Below, in pieces: positions 1 through 9,038 of a stretch of DNA of 64,000 bases. How positions within the stretch are numbered: position 1 is the stretch's first letter; each line of letters starts with the position of its first letter. Under the pieces are notes generated by a model. That model did not search any database, had not been told where the DNA came from, and saw only the letters and a program-made list of their open reading frames with translations. The stretch lies in assembly GCA_029261215.1 (NCBI GenBank), contig JAJDBT010000017.1:28-64027 (forward strand), in the 5' to 3' direction. The position numbers and the translations under genes were made by a program. The stretch is from Nitrospirota bacterium. GTDB taxonomy: Bacteria > Nitrospirota > Nitrospiria > SBBL01 > JAADHI01.

Positions 1-2
1 AT

Positions 3-233
3 GGAGAAATATTGATCGCGGCATGTAAAGGTTTTGATCCTGTGATTGCCTTGATAGCGAGCGACACAACGTCGGAACTCGTGCATCGGAAGATAATCCA
101 TGACCTGAGAAAAATGAGTTTGCCTGTATACATAAGCGTATGCCTCCCGTTGCAAAATTATCCCGGGAGCATGGCAGAAAAAATGACCGTGGTTCAAGTC
201 GGTAACAAACAAAATGATAATATTTCCCTTTAA
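3..233 (+). CDS. Possible C-terminal fragment of an unidentified protein; the reading frame is open to the window edge
   Basis: The frame of ORF 12..233 has no stop back to base 3, so it may continue upstream of the window. I recognised no motif. Confidence 0.2.
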   Translation, partial: GEILIAACKGFDPVIALIASDTTSELVHRKIIHDLRKMSLPVYISVCLPLQNYPGSMAEKMTVVQVGNKQNDNISL

Positions 234-435
234 TTACATGATGTTGTATAGCTTAGGGCTCATTTAACCGGACAGTAGTGACAGATTATCTGAATTGATG
301 CATTGGACATGCTTAAAACCCTGAGAAAGAGATTTTTTAAGACCGTATATAGACACTATTACAAATGAAGTGATTTAAGCAAGGGAAGCATCTTTAAATG
401 CTTTAGAGGTCGAGGTTTCAACTGAGATTCAATCC

Positions 436-1686
436 TTATTTCCTCTTTTTTGGTTTAGGCTTTTTCTTTTTTTTCCCTGCTTCCCATTCTTGTATTTCCT
501 CAACCAGCGCTTGAAGTGTTGTTTCCGGTTTGGGGTGTTCAAGCGTATACGTATATTCTTTTTTACTGACCTTGATGACTTCGATTTCTTTATCTAAAAA
601 TGTTTGAATTTCGTCAAGCCTCGGTTTTTCTTCTTTACTACAAAAAGAAATCGCTTCCCCTTTGTTAAAAGCCCGACCCGTTCGGCCCACACGATGCACA
701 TAGTTTTCGGCCTGCTCAGGCAAGTCGTAATTGATGACATAGTGCACATCCGGAATATCAATGCCCCGCGCCGTAATGTCTGTCGCAATGAGGATTTTGC
801 ACTCCCCGGCTTTAAATCGCTGCATGACTTCTGAACGCGCTTTCTGATCTTTTTCACCATGAATTGTAAAGGTATCGATGCCCACGCGGACCATGGCTTT
901 GGCCACACGTTCGGCACGCACCCGGGTACGGACAAAAACAATAATTTTACTTTCGGGATGGTCGTTAATAAAACGTTCCAAAAAGAATCGCTTGTCATCC
1001 ATGTCAATAAACATCACGTAATGGGTCACATTTTTTGAGACCAGATTTTCAGGTGAAATCTGAATACGAATGGCGGAATTTCTGACTTGCGTATAGGCCA
1101 GATTTTTAATCTCTTTGTTAATCGTCGCCGAAAAGAAAAGCGTCTGGTGTTTTCGTGTCAGCTTATATTTAATAGATTCGATATCGGCAATAAATCCGAG
1201 ATCCAGCATTAAGTCGGCTTCATCCAAAACCAGGGTATTCACAGATCTTAAATCTACATATCCCTGATGAATAAGATCAAACATGCGTCCCGGCGTCGCG
1301 ATCAGGATATCAATCCCCGCCGTAAGTTTTTGAATCTGTGGATCTTGCTCAACGCCTCCGTAAATCGCTGTGGCCTTCACTTTGGTTGATTTTGCAAGCG
1401 ACGTGAATACTTCACAAATCTGCAAAGCCAATTCATGGGTCGGCACCAGGACGATACATTGAATACCCCTTGACCGTTTGCTTGTTTTTTCGCTGTGGAT
1501 TTTATGCACAATGGGAATGGCGAATGCCGCCGTTTTCCCTGTCCCTGTCTGTGCAATGGCCAGGACATCTTCACCGTTTAAAATAGAAGGGATGGCTTTA
1601 AATTGAATGTCTGTCGTGCGTTTAAAGCCCAGATGGTCTAGATTTCTCTTAATCGCTTCTGCAATATGAAACTTTTCAAACTTCAT
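436..1686 (-). CDS. DEAD-box ATP-dependent RNA helicase (RhlE-like) with a lysine-rich C-terminal tail
   Basis: Motifs: Q-motif region (TDIQFKAIP), motif I AQTGTGKTAAF, motif II VLDEAD, motif III SAT, motif VI HRVGRTGRAF. C-terminal tail is GKKKKKPKPKKRK. Confidence 0.95.
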   Translation of the reverse strand: MKFEKFHIAEAIKRNLDHLGFKRTTDIQFKAIPSILNGEDVLAIAQTGTGKTAAFAIPIVHKIHSEKTSKRSRGIQCIVLVPTHELALQICEVFTSLAKSTKVKATAIYGGVEQDPQIQKLTAGIDILIATPGRMFDLIHQGYVDLRSVNTLVLDEADLMLDLGFIADIESIKYKLTRKHQTLFFSATINKEIKNLAYTQVRNSAIRIQISPENLVSKNVTHYVMFIDMDDKRFFLERFINDHPESKIIVFVRTRVRAERVAKAMVRVGIDTFTIHGEKDQKARSEVMQRFKAGECKILIATDITARGIDIPDVHYVINYDLPEQAENYVHRVGRTGRAFNKGEAISFCSKEEKPRLDEIQTFLDKEIEVIKVSKKEYTYTLEHPKPETTLQALVEEIQEWEAGKKKKKPKPKKRK

Positions 1687-1701
1687 AAATCCTCGTTTCT
1701 T

Positions 1702-2358
1702 TTAAATGGATGATGCATGCACGAGCTGGCTTAACCCTTCTCGAAATTGTGTCGCGCCTCCATAGGCAGGATGCCGCACTTTGTGATGGGTCACTTCCAG
1801 AGCACTTAAGGTCTGACTGGAAACATTGCCCAAAGCGGCCACGGGGATATTGGGAAAGAGTTCAAGAAACTGTTTCAAGTAGGGACGCCCCTCCCCTTTT
1901 TCAGCTTGAGACGGTGTACGGTTCGATCCTGGCCCTTTTATGCCTTCAGGGTGCCAGGGTACCGCGTTAAATAAAACCGTGGCGTCAGACAATTCAAGTT
2001 CGGCCAATATTTTCCACACAATCGTTGCCGATGGCTCGCTCCAGGGGCGGGTTCGAGAGGAGATCCGTTCGATTCCCTTTGCATCCACTCTGGGAATGGC
2101 CCCTTCTAAAACAAGTCGTTCGGAGGTAAATGGAATGCCGCTGTATCGGCAACCCTGATAACCAGCGGCCTCTCCGATTAAAATCAGCCGTGGATTCGGG
2201 GCGGACAAATGTTGGAAAAATCGGGTTTGGCGTTGAAGATGGGCATCCGCATATAAATCATCCTCCGAGCACTGCGACCAGGGATTAAAGAGGCCGGGGA
2301 ACTGGGGTTTTGTAATGTTTTGAATGAATGTTTTGATTTTTAAAGAGGAAATACGCAC
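1702..2358 (-). CDS. Uracil-DNA glycosylase superfamily protein (family-4/UDGX-like fold, divergent)
   Basis: LILIGEAAGYQGCRYSGIPFTSE resembles UDG motif A (GE-x-x-G...F). C-terminal VRHPAYGG resembles motif B (HP..). Confidence 0.6.
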   Translation of the reverse strand: MRISSLKIKTFIQNITKPQFPGLFNPWSQCSEDDLYADAHLQRQTRFFQHLSAPNPRLILIGEAAGYQGCRYSGIPFTSERLVLEGAIPRVDAKGIERISSRTRPWSEPSATIVWKILAELELSDATVLFNAVPWHPEGIKGPGSNRTPSQAEKGEGRPYLKQFLELFPNIPVAALGNVSSQTLSALEVTHHKVRHPAYGGATQFREGLSQLVHASSI

Positions 2359-2500
2359 ACTGAGAATCCTAATCGCCGTCTTGGGTGAACGAAATGTGAA
2401 AGGGGCTCACACACTTCTTAGATGAGCATTGCAGTTTACCTAAAACGCATTTCTCAACTTTAAGGTTCAAGCCCGGAATCAGGATTCTATCATGTTCAGA

Positions 2501-3037
2501 TTATTTTTCACTTGAAATATATTTGAATTGAAGCAAGTGACTGATAATTTTCTGTGCGGCGGTTTCCGGCGTTTCATGATCACCTTGAATGACAACATCG
2601 GGATGCTCCGGAGGCTCATAGCTTGTTTGCAGGCCGGGAACAGTCTGAGATGCGCCTTTTTCCCCTTGTTTATAAATCCCCTTGGGATCGCGGGCCATGC
2701 ACAGAGCCAAAGGGGAATCGACATAGACTTCCAGGAATTGACTGATTTTTTCTCTCGCTGCATCACGATAGGCCCGGCGGTTTGCGGTCGCGTCAAAAAT
2801 GACCGGAACCCCGTGACCTGTGAGCAGCGCTCCCACATAAACCATTGAGCCATAAAAAACCTGTCGTTCCTCTTCATCGTATCGTGGTTTGGGAGTAAAT
2901 GTTTTTCTTAACACATCCGACTCCAAAACGGCCGCATCCACACCCCGTTTTTTAAGCAATGCCACCAAGGTTCTCGTCACGGTCGATTTGCCTGAAGCAG
3001 GCAGTCCTGTGATCCAAATCGCAAATCCCTGTTCCAC
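2501..3037 (-). CDS. Adenylyl-sulfate (APS) kinase-like P-loop kinase
   Basis: P-loop ITGLPASGKSTV. Also RDPKGIYKQ and SYEPPEHPDVVI, which match the CysC signatures RDpKGLYkkA and YE.P..Pel. The LDGDN motif is replaced by LESDV. Confidence 0.7.
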   Translation of the reverse strand: MEQGFAIWITGLPASGKSTVTRTLVALLKKRGVDAAVLESDVLRKTFTPKPRYDEEERQVFYGSMVYVGALLTGHGVPVIFDATANRRAYRDAAREKISQFLEVYVDSPLALCMARDPKGIYKQGEKGASQTVPGLQTSYEPPEHPDVVIQGDHETPETAAQKIISHLLQFKYISSEK

Positions 3038-3038
3038 C

Positions 3039-4130
3039 TTATCCCTCGCAATAAAGGTTTACTTTTTTTGGATCGAATGAGGGCGTATCCAGCACGGACT
3101 GAATAAAATTAAACAGTTTTCGACGGACCCCTTCAGACAAATGCGGGTACCACAAAGGACTGGCCATCACCAATCCGCGAAATGCGAAATAAGGCCCCGC
3201 GACATCCAAAATTTCCGCATCTCCGCTCTTTTCAAGATATCGTTCCCAAAAACGCAAAAAAAGCGTTTCAAGATTTCCCTTCAATTGTTCATTCCGCTGA
3301 AGTGAAAAGAAAAAATAATTCATTGTCAAACAGCATAGGTCATCCGCCGGATCACCCCATTCCCCACGGGAACGATCAAGCACTGTAAAATCGGCTCCCT
3401 CTCGAAAAAGGATATTCCAGGGATGAAAATCGCCGTGGCTTTGATGTAAACGGCTTGTTTTTTCCTTCAATCTCCACCGCCAGGTTACGCACTTTTGTTC
3501 GATCTCTTCCAGCAGTTTAGCGGTAATGAATCCATGCTGCGCCGGATAGCTGTCCATCAGGCCCATGATGCATTCCCCGTGTCCGATCAATTCACGGATA
3601 TGGCGAAGATAAAGACCGGGGTCGGGCCCGGCGGGTTTGTGGATTTCGACCAGATAATCACACAGCGCATCTGCGCGCCTAAGGTCGAGATCCGTTAATT
3701 CAGGGTGATCCCTTAAGCGCTCAAGATCTTCAAAATAACCCGCACCTTCATAAAAATCCATGAGGGTAAAAAATTCTTTGGCATGACCTAAAGAAAGCAA
3801 GTTTCCCTCTTTTTGAAATGCACCCACATCAAGCGATTGGGCATGTTTTGGGAGATTTTTGAAGGCATCATGATTCCAAAGCTGGACCTGTGCCCGATCC
3901 GCCATGTGCTCATGCCCAAATGGGCCTGCATGCATGGTCTCCAGGACGGCCCGATGTCGTTTTCCGGAAAGCATATAGTCGATTTGAATGGGGAGTCCAT
4001 AACCATAGCCTTTGACTTTTCCGCTTTCAACCGGTAGACCCAAAGGCCCAACATGAAGGACTTTCACGGGATTGGAAAAGAGTGATGAAAGGTAGGTTTG
4101 CAGGGCATTTTTATTGAGAGAGAATGGCAT
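3039..4130 (-). CDS. Phosphotransferase enzyme family protein (APH / eukaryotic-like kinase fold)
   Basis: Catalytic loop HGDFHPWNILF (HxDxxxxN) and a downstream VLDRSRGEWGDPADDL Mg-binding Asp region. Its stop lies 1 nt before the start of the APS-kinase-like gene. Confidence 0.75.
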   Translation of the reverse strand: MPFSLNKNALQTYLSSLFSNPVKVLHVGPLGLPVESGKVKGYGYGLPIQIDYMLSGKRHRAVLETMHAGPFGHEHMADRAQVQLWNHDAFKNLPKHAQSLDVGAFQKEGNLLSLGHAKEFFTLMDFYEGAGYFEDLERLRDHPELTDLDLRRADALCDYLVEIHKPAGPDPGLYLRHIRELIGHGECIMGLMDSYPAQHGFITAKLLEEIEQKCVTWRWRLKEKTSRLHQSHGDFHPWNILFREGADFTVLDRSRGEWGDPADDLCCLTMNYFFFSLQRNEQLKGNLETLFLRFWERYLEKSGDAEILDVAGPYFAFRGLVMASPLWYPHLSEGVRRKLFNFIQSVLDTPSFDPKKVNLYCEG

Positions 4131-4269
4131 GTTTTACCTCCGCTCGTGATTAGTCATTATATCGACCTATTGCAGTGAAGTACAAGACAAGTGTATTTTA
4201 TTCAACGCTTTACATCATTTCATTAAGCTCTCTTGACCATACAGATCTTTCATTTGGAAAAAATACGCA

Positions 4270-4944
4270 ATGGATATATTCAAAAAGAAACACGTATTCT
4301 TCATCCTTATTTTACAATTCAGCGTCCAGGTTTCCGGTCTTGCAGCGGAAACCTTCCCGGATGGCATCACAAAAACACTGGTCTTTGATCGCTTTAATCA
4401 ATCTTATCAAGATTTCGCGCCTAAACTGGATCCGATCAAACAGGGTCCGCTGAGCATTCAGCTCTCCTCCCCAAAACAAGTACTCAGCTTGAAATCGCAC
4501 ACACTCGCACTGCGTCGTATCGGAGATGATTTACACGCATTTCAGGTGCTGGCGACATTTGAAGGTTCGGGGAACTTATTCGCTGATATTGATTTAATGG
4601 GTCTCACCAGTCAATTATCGGATACTTTTTTCATTCCGCTTCAGAAGAGAGCCATCTCCGGGAAAATCAAAGTTGAAAAAAGCACAGAAGGGTACCATGT
4701 TACGGTCATTTCATTACCAAAACACACACAAGTGCACGTTCGCACGGGCCTCGCCAGCAAGCTTGTCACCTGGTGTGAGCGCTTCTCTGTTCTGCCGAGT
4801 TCACTGCTCGATTGCGGAAACTTGAAACGGTCATTAACCCACCTTAAGATTCCACTACCCCAAAATAAGTCTTATTTTGTCGCCTATGCTGATTTAAGCC
4901 CGGAAGAACAAAAGCATTTGGCTCAATATTTTGGTGGTCCCTGA
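4270..4944 (+). CDS. Hypothetical secreted protein
   Basis: N-terminal signal-peptide-like segment (KKKHVFFILILQFSVQVSGLAAE). No recognised motif. Confidence 0.5.
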   Translation: MDIFKKKHVFFILILQFSVQVSGLAAETFPDGITKTLVFDRFNQSYQDFAPKLDPIKQGPLSIQLSSPKQVLSLKSHTLALRRIGDDLHAFQVLATFEGSGNLFADIDLMGLTSQLSDTFFIPLQKRAISGKIKVEKSTEGYHVTVISLPKHTQVHVRTGLASKLVTWCERFSVLPSSLLDCGNLKRSLTHLKIPLPQNKSYFVAYADLSPEEQKHLAQYFGGP

Positions 4945-5080
4945 TGTTGATTGAAAGCAGTCACAGGTTAAAAAAATATGTACATGTAAAAAAAGAGAGA
5001 TCTGATTAAAAAAACTGCAGTATAATGCGATTTCTACTCTGTAGCTGAATCGATGTTCACCCTTAGCCCAGGACGATCAA

Positions 5081-5998
5081 ATGAATTTTAATCTTAAAAA
5101 TATTATCGAATGGTTGAATTGGCCGCTTTTTAATATCGGCGGAAATACCGTGACTTTAATCGGCATCGGCATGGCGATTTTAATCATCGTCCTCACGATT
5201 GTGTTTTCAACCTTTATTGAAAGGATTGTCTCCAGACAACTCTCCAAAAGAGGCAATTTGTCCACACCTGTCATTTATGCCTTTAATCGCATCATCCATT
5301 ATGTATTTGTCATTTTTGGTGTCATCATCGCTTTCGAATCAATGGGGCTTAAACTGAGTAGTTTGACCATTATTTTTGGATTTTTAGGCGTGGGAGTCGG
5401 GTTTGGTCTGCAAAATGTCACTTCGAATTTCATTTCAGGCGTGATCTTGTTGATTGACCGGCCCATCGGAGTTGGCGACCTGGTTACAATCAATGATCGA
5501 ACGGCCGAGGTGGTCGGGATTAACCTGAGAACCACGACGGTGCGAACCTTTGATCACGTGGTGATTATTGTACCCAATTCCAAATTTATCGAAAATGAGG
5601 TCATCAACTGGACGGTGGGAGATCCCAGAATCCGAATCCATTGCCCCGTGGGTGTCGCCTATGGAACAGATGAAAAACGGGTGAAAGAGGTCTTGATTCA
5701 GGTGGGCCTGGAAAATGATAAGGTCCTCCATGATCCTGGCCCGGACGTTCGATTTCTGGAGTTTGGCGATTCATCCCTGAATTTTGATTTACTGGTTTGG
5801 ACCGGTGATCCCGAAAATCAAAAAACGCTCCGGAGCGAATTAAACTTTGCCATTGCAGCAGCTTTTCGTGAAAATCACATCACCATTCCATTTCCTCAGC
5901 AGGATGTCTATCTGCAATTAACACCTGCCATCGAAAAACTCGCCGCTGCGCTTGGAGAGAGAAACCTTCCGCAAAAAGATCAAACCGAGAGGATCTAG
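5081..5998 (+). CDS. Small-conductance mechanosensitive channel (MscS family)
   Basis: Three N-terminal TM segments plus the pore-helix signature GVGFGLQNVTSNFISGVILLIDRPIGVGDLV. Confidence 0.9.
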   Translation: MNFNLKNIIEWLNWPLFNIGGNTVTLIGIGMAILIIVLTIVFSTFIERIVSRQLSKRGNLSTPVIYAFNRIIHYVFVIFGVIIAFESMGLKLSSLTIIFGFLGVGVGFGLQNVTSNFISGVILLIDRPIGVGDLVTINDRTAEVVGINLRTTTVRTFDHVVIIVPNSKFIENEVINWTVGDPRIRIHCPVGVAYGTDEKRVKEVLIQVGLENDKVLHDPGPDVRFLEFGDSSLNFDLLVWTGDPENQKTLRSELNFAIAAAFRENHITIPFPQQDVYLQLTPAIEKLAAALGERNLPQKDQTERI

Positions 5999-7057
5999 AT
6001 GCCAAAACTGTATCACAAAATAAAAGGGGTTGGCTTACCACCGGGCGTATTACAGGCTACGGAAGGTGAGCAAAAAACCACGATCGCGCTCTTCGATTAC
6101 AACGAGGCGGCATTCGAAGAAAAAGAACTAAGCAGTGTCGAAGAGAGCTTCACTTACAAAGAAACCGAGAGCACCAGCTGGATTAATATTAACGGTCGGG
6201 ACATCAAGATCATTCAAGAAATCAATACACATTTTGATGTGCATCCTCTTGTTTTAGAAGACATTGTCAATCGAGGGCAACGCCCCAAGATTGAAGATTA
6301 TGGGTCATACCTTTTCTTTGTCCTGAAAATGATCAGTCTGGATCAGGATGACAATAACAATGAGATTGATTCCGAGCAAATCGGATTGATCCTCGGTGAG
6401 AATTTTCTGATCTCTTTTCAGGAAAAAGAAGGGGATGTTTTTGATCCTGTCCGGAAAAGAATTCGTGATGGGAAAGGACGCATTCGGAAAATGCACGCAG
6501 ATTACTTAACCTATGCCCTCATGGATGCCATCGTCGATCACTATTTTATTGTTTTGGAGAAACTGGGTGAAAAAATTGACCACTTGGAAGAAGAACTTTT
6601 AGAAGAATTAACACCCGAGATGCCGCTTAGAATTCACAAGCTCAAGTCTCAGATTATATATATGAGAAAACAAGTCTGGCCTTTACGGGAAGTTTTGAAT
6701 AATTTTGAACGCAGTGAATCCAAGCTACTCATGAAAGGCACCCGCGTCTTTTTGCAGGATGTTTATGACCACGTCATCCAGGTGAATGATACCATCGAAG
6801 CCTTAAGAGACACGCTTTCCGGTCTGCATGACATTTATCTTTCAAACACAAGTAATCGTATGAATGAAATCATGAAAGTGCTGACCATATTTGCGGCGAT
6901 CTTTATTCCCCTCACTTTTATGGCCGGTATTTACGGGATGAATTTCGAACATATGCCTGAACTAAAATGGAAGTATGGTTATTTTTTCTTTTTAGGGCTC
7001 ATGGGATCTGTCGGCTTTGGCATGCTTTTTTATTTTAAAAAAAGAAAGTGGCTCTAG
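5999..7057 (+). CDS. corA: Magnesium/cobalt transporter CorA
   Basis: YGMNF (GMN) motif in IYGMNFEHMPE between two C-terminal TM helices. The ATG directly abuts the MscS TAG stop. Confidence 0.9.
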   Translation: MPKLYHKIKGVGLPPGVLQATEGEQKTTIALFDYNEAAFEEKELSSVEESFTYKETESTSWININGRDIKIIQEINTHFDVHPLVLEDIVNRGQRPKIEDYGSYLFFVLKMISLDQDDNNNEIDSEQIGLILGENFLISFQEKEGDVFDPVRKRIRDGKGRIRKMHADYLTYALMDAIVDHYFIVLEKLGEKIDHLEEELLEELTPEMPLRIHKLKSQIIYMRKQVWPLREVLNNFERSESKLLMKGTRVFLQDVYDHVIQVNDTIEALRDTLSGLHDIYLSNTSNRMNEIMKVLTIFAAIFIPLTFMAGIYGMNFEHMPELKWKYGYFFFLGLMGSVGFGMLFYFKKRKWL

Positions 7058-7089
7058 TCAGAATAGAGATCAACACACCTTAATTTTGA

Positions 7090-7659
7090 TCAGCGCTTGC
7101 GCATTTTCAAAAAAGTGTGAATCGGCGCGAGCGGTAAACCAATGGCTGCCAGCCGGTCTCCCTTCAATTCTTCGATCAATTTTCCTCCAATGCCTTGAAT
7201 AGCATAAGCCCCCGCCTTATCCAGCGGCTCTCCGGTTTGTACATAGGCGTCTATTTCAGCATCCGTCATTGAATATAGTTTCACTTCAATCTGCTCTACA
7301 AAATCTTGTGTCGTTTGATCTGTCGTATCAATCATAAAAACGGCTGTCCAAATCACATGTGAACGGCCTTGAAGTTTCCTTAAAATGCTTTTGGCTTCCT
7401 CTGCATCTTTGGGTTTTCCGATCTTTTCCCCATCGCACTCAATCAGGGTGTCACTGCCAATCACAATCGCATTTCGGCGGGTTTTAGCCACGGACATCGC
7501 CTTTTCTTTTGCAAATAAAAGCGCTTCTTTTTTGGCACTCAAGGTATCGTCCGGTATTTCTTCAAAGTCCGGTGCGATGATTTCAAAAGGCACATGAAGA
7601 CGAGAAAGGATGTCTTTTCGCCGGGGAGAAGTGGACGCTAAGACGAGTTTAGTTTGCAA
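7090..7659 (-). CDS. maf: Maf-like nucleoside triphosphate pyrophosphatase
   Basis: N-terminal LVLASTSPRRKDIL and C-terminal DKAGAYAIQG signatures. The ORF-track ATG at 7731 would overlap dus by 83 nt. An in-frame TTG at 7657-7659 gives the canonical (M)QTKLVLASTSPRR N-terminus. The start is uncertain. Confidence 0.85.
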   Translation of the reverse strand: MQTKLVLASTSPRRKDILSRLHVPFEIIAPDFEEIPDDTLSAKKEALLFAKEKAMSVAKTRRNAIVIGSDTLIECDGEKIGKPKDAEEAKSILRKLQGRSHVIWTAVFMIDTTDQTTQDFVEQIEVKLYSMTDAEIDAYVQTGEPLDKAGAYAIQGIGGKLIEELKGDRLAAIGLPLAPIHTFLKMRKR

Positions 7660-8836
7660 GGGGAACTTCTGAAGATGAAGACCTGTGGTTTTCAGGTGGG
7701 CATTCAGAAAAGCTTTCCAGCCGATACTCATTAATCAGGGCTTCAACTTCTGTCACATTGTTCGTGCGAACGATTTTGGAACGCAAGACCCGCGCTCCCG
7801 GAAAATCGCGGCAATAAGAACCCAGATGTTTTCGCATGCCATTAAAAAACTGTTCGCCATACATGGCCTGATAAAGCCGTGCATGTTGCAGGGCCACATA
7901 AAACCGCTCGTGATGACTGACCTGTTTTGGAGTAATTTTTTCGATATTTTCGTCGGACTTCCCTGCTTTTATCGATTTCAACATGGCGCGGGCAATCTCT
8001 TTTTTATGAAAAATCCAGGGGTTGCCCACGGCCGCGCGACCGATCAGCACACCATCCACACCGGTTTCATACACGCGGTCAATGACATTATTTAAGGATT
8101 GAAGATCTCCATTGCCCAAAATCAATGTCCCCGAACCGGCAGCCACTTCGACCGCTTTTCCAATCATCTCCCAATTCGCCTCTCCCCGATAGCCCTGCCG
8201 CAGGGTACGTCCGTGAATTGAAATCGCCACGGGGTGTACTTCGAGCAAGTGCTGAATCCATTCTTCAATCACCACTTCCGCGTATCCGATTCGGGTTTTG
8301 ACTGAAACCGGGATCGCTGTTCTGTCGCTGTTTTGCTTTTTTTGCCTGTTCGGATACGTCTGAGAAAGCCAGTCCCCCACGACAGGATACGCTTCACAAA
8401 TGGAAAGCGGCGCGCCACTGACCCATCGGGCAATGCCCGCCTGAGCGGCCTCCACAATGGCTTTCGCGCGAGGGGGGTCTTTAATCAACGCGGCACCGGA
8501 ACCCAGCGCGGAGACTTTTTTACTGGGGCAGCCCATATTAATGTCGAGACCGTCAAAACCCAGTTCACATACAAGCTGTGCAACATGAAAAAAGGACTCG
8601 GGTCTCGGGCCGTAAATCTGTGCAATGGCAGGGCGCTCGACCTCATGAAAAGTAAGTCCCATGAGCGCATTTCTCGCGCCGTGACAAATGCCATCGACGC
8701 TTAAAAATTCAGTCATGATGATGTCAGGCCGGGCATGCATTGCCATGATCCGTCGAAAACAGGGATCGGTGACGCCATCCATCGGAGAAAGTCCGATGAT
8801 GGGTTTTTGAAGTTGATGCCAAAAAGAAGAAGTCAT
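7649..8836 (-). CDS. tRNA-dihydrouridine synthase (Dus family) with a C-terminal extension
   Basis: GLSPMDGVTDPCFRR and DGLDINMGCP (catalytic Cys) motifs. TIM-barrel FMN pattern. Confidence 0.9.
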   Translation of the reverse strand: MTSSFWHQLQKPIIGLSPMDGVTDPCFRRIMAMHARPDIIMTEFLSVDGICHGARNALMGLTFHEVERPAIAQIYGPRPESFFHVAQLVCELGFDGLDINMGCPSKKVSALGSGAALIKDPPRAKAIVEAAQAGIARWVSGAPLSICEAYPVVGDWLSQTYPNRQKKQNSDRTAIPVSVKTRIGYAEVVIEEWIQHLLEVHPVAISIHGRTLRQGYRGEANWEMIGKAVEVAAGSGTLILGNGDLQSLNNVIDRVYETGVDGVLIGRAAVGNPWIFHKKEIARAMLKSIKAGKSDENIEKITPKQVSHHERFYVALQHARLYQAMYGEQFFNGMRKHLGSYCRDFPGARVLRSKIVRTNNVTEVEALINEYRLESFSECPPENHRSSSSEVPLAN

Positions 8837-8914
8837 TTAATCAAAACGATCGCCAAAAGTACTTTTTTGCATCTTTATATCACAGAATCACCTAAAGAAG
8901 CATATTTCCCCTTT

Positions 8915-8942
8915 TAAGGACGGCCATTTAAGGACGGCCATT
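8915..8942. repeat. Perfect tandem duplication, 2 x 14 nt (TAAGGACGGCCATT)
   Basis: Read directly: 8915-8928 equals 8929-8942. It sits in the divergent intergenic region between dus and the GyrA-like gene. Confidence 0.9.
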
Positions 8943-8977
8943 TTTTGATCACTAAATCCCATTTACGCGGATAAGAG

Positions 8978-9005
8978 GTGACAAGCCAATCTGCATCATT
9001 ATAAG
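8978..9005 (+). promoter_or_regulatory. Candidate sigma70-type promoter for the GyrA-like operon
   Basis: GTGACA (8978-8983), 16-nt spacer, TATAAG (9000-9005), about 34 nt upstream of the ATG. A GGAGGA RBS precedes 9039. Confidence 0.3.
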
Positions 9006-9038
9006 ATAATCGCTTTTAGAATCATTTTTGGAGGATTT

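Noticed and set aside
7649-7731. An apparent 83-nt overlap between maf and dus, considered as a possible overlapping-gene arrangement.
   Set aside because: It is more simply explained by a mis-called maf start. A TTG at 7657-7659 restores the canonical Maf N-terminus with only an 11-nt overlap.
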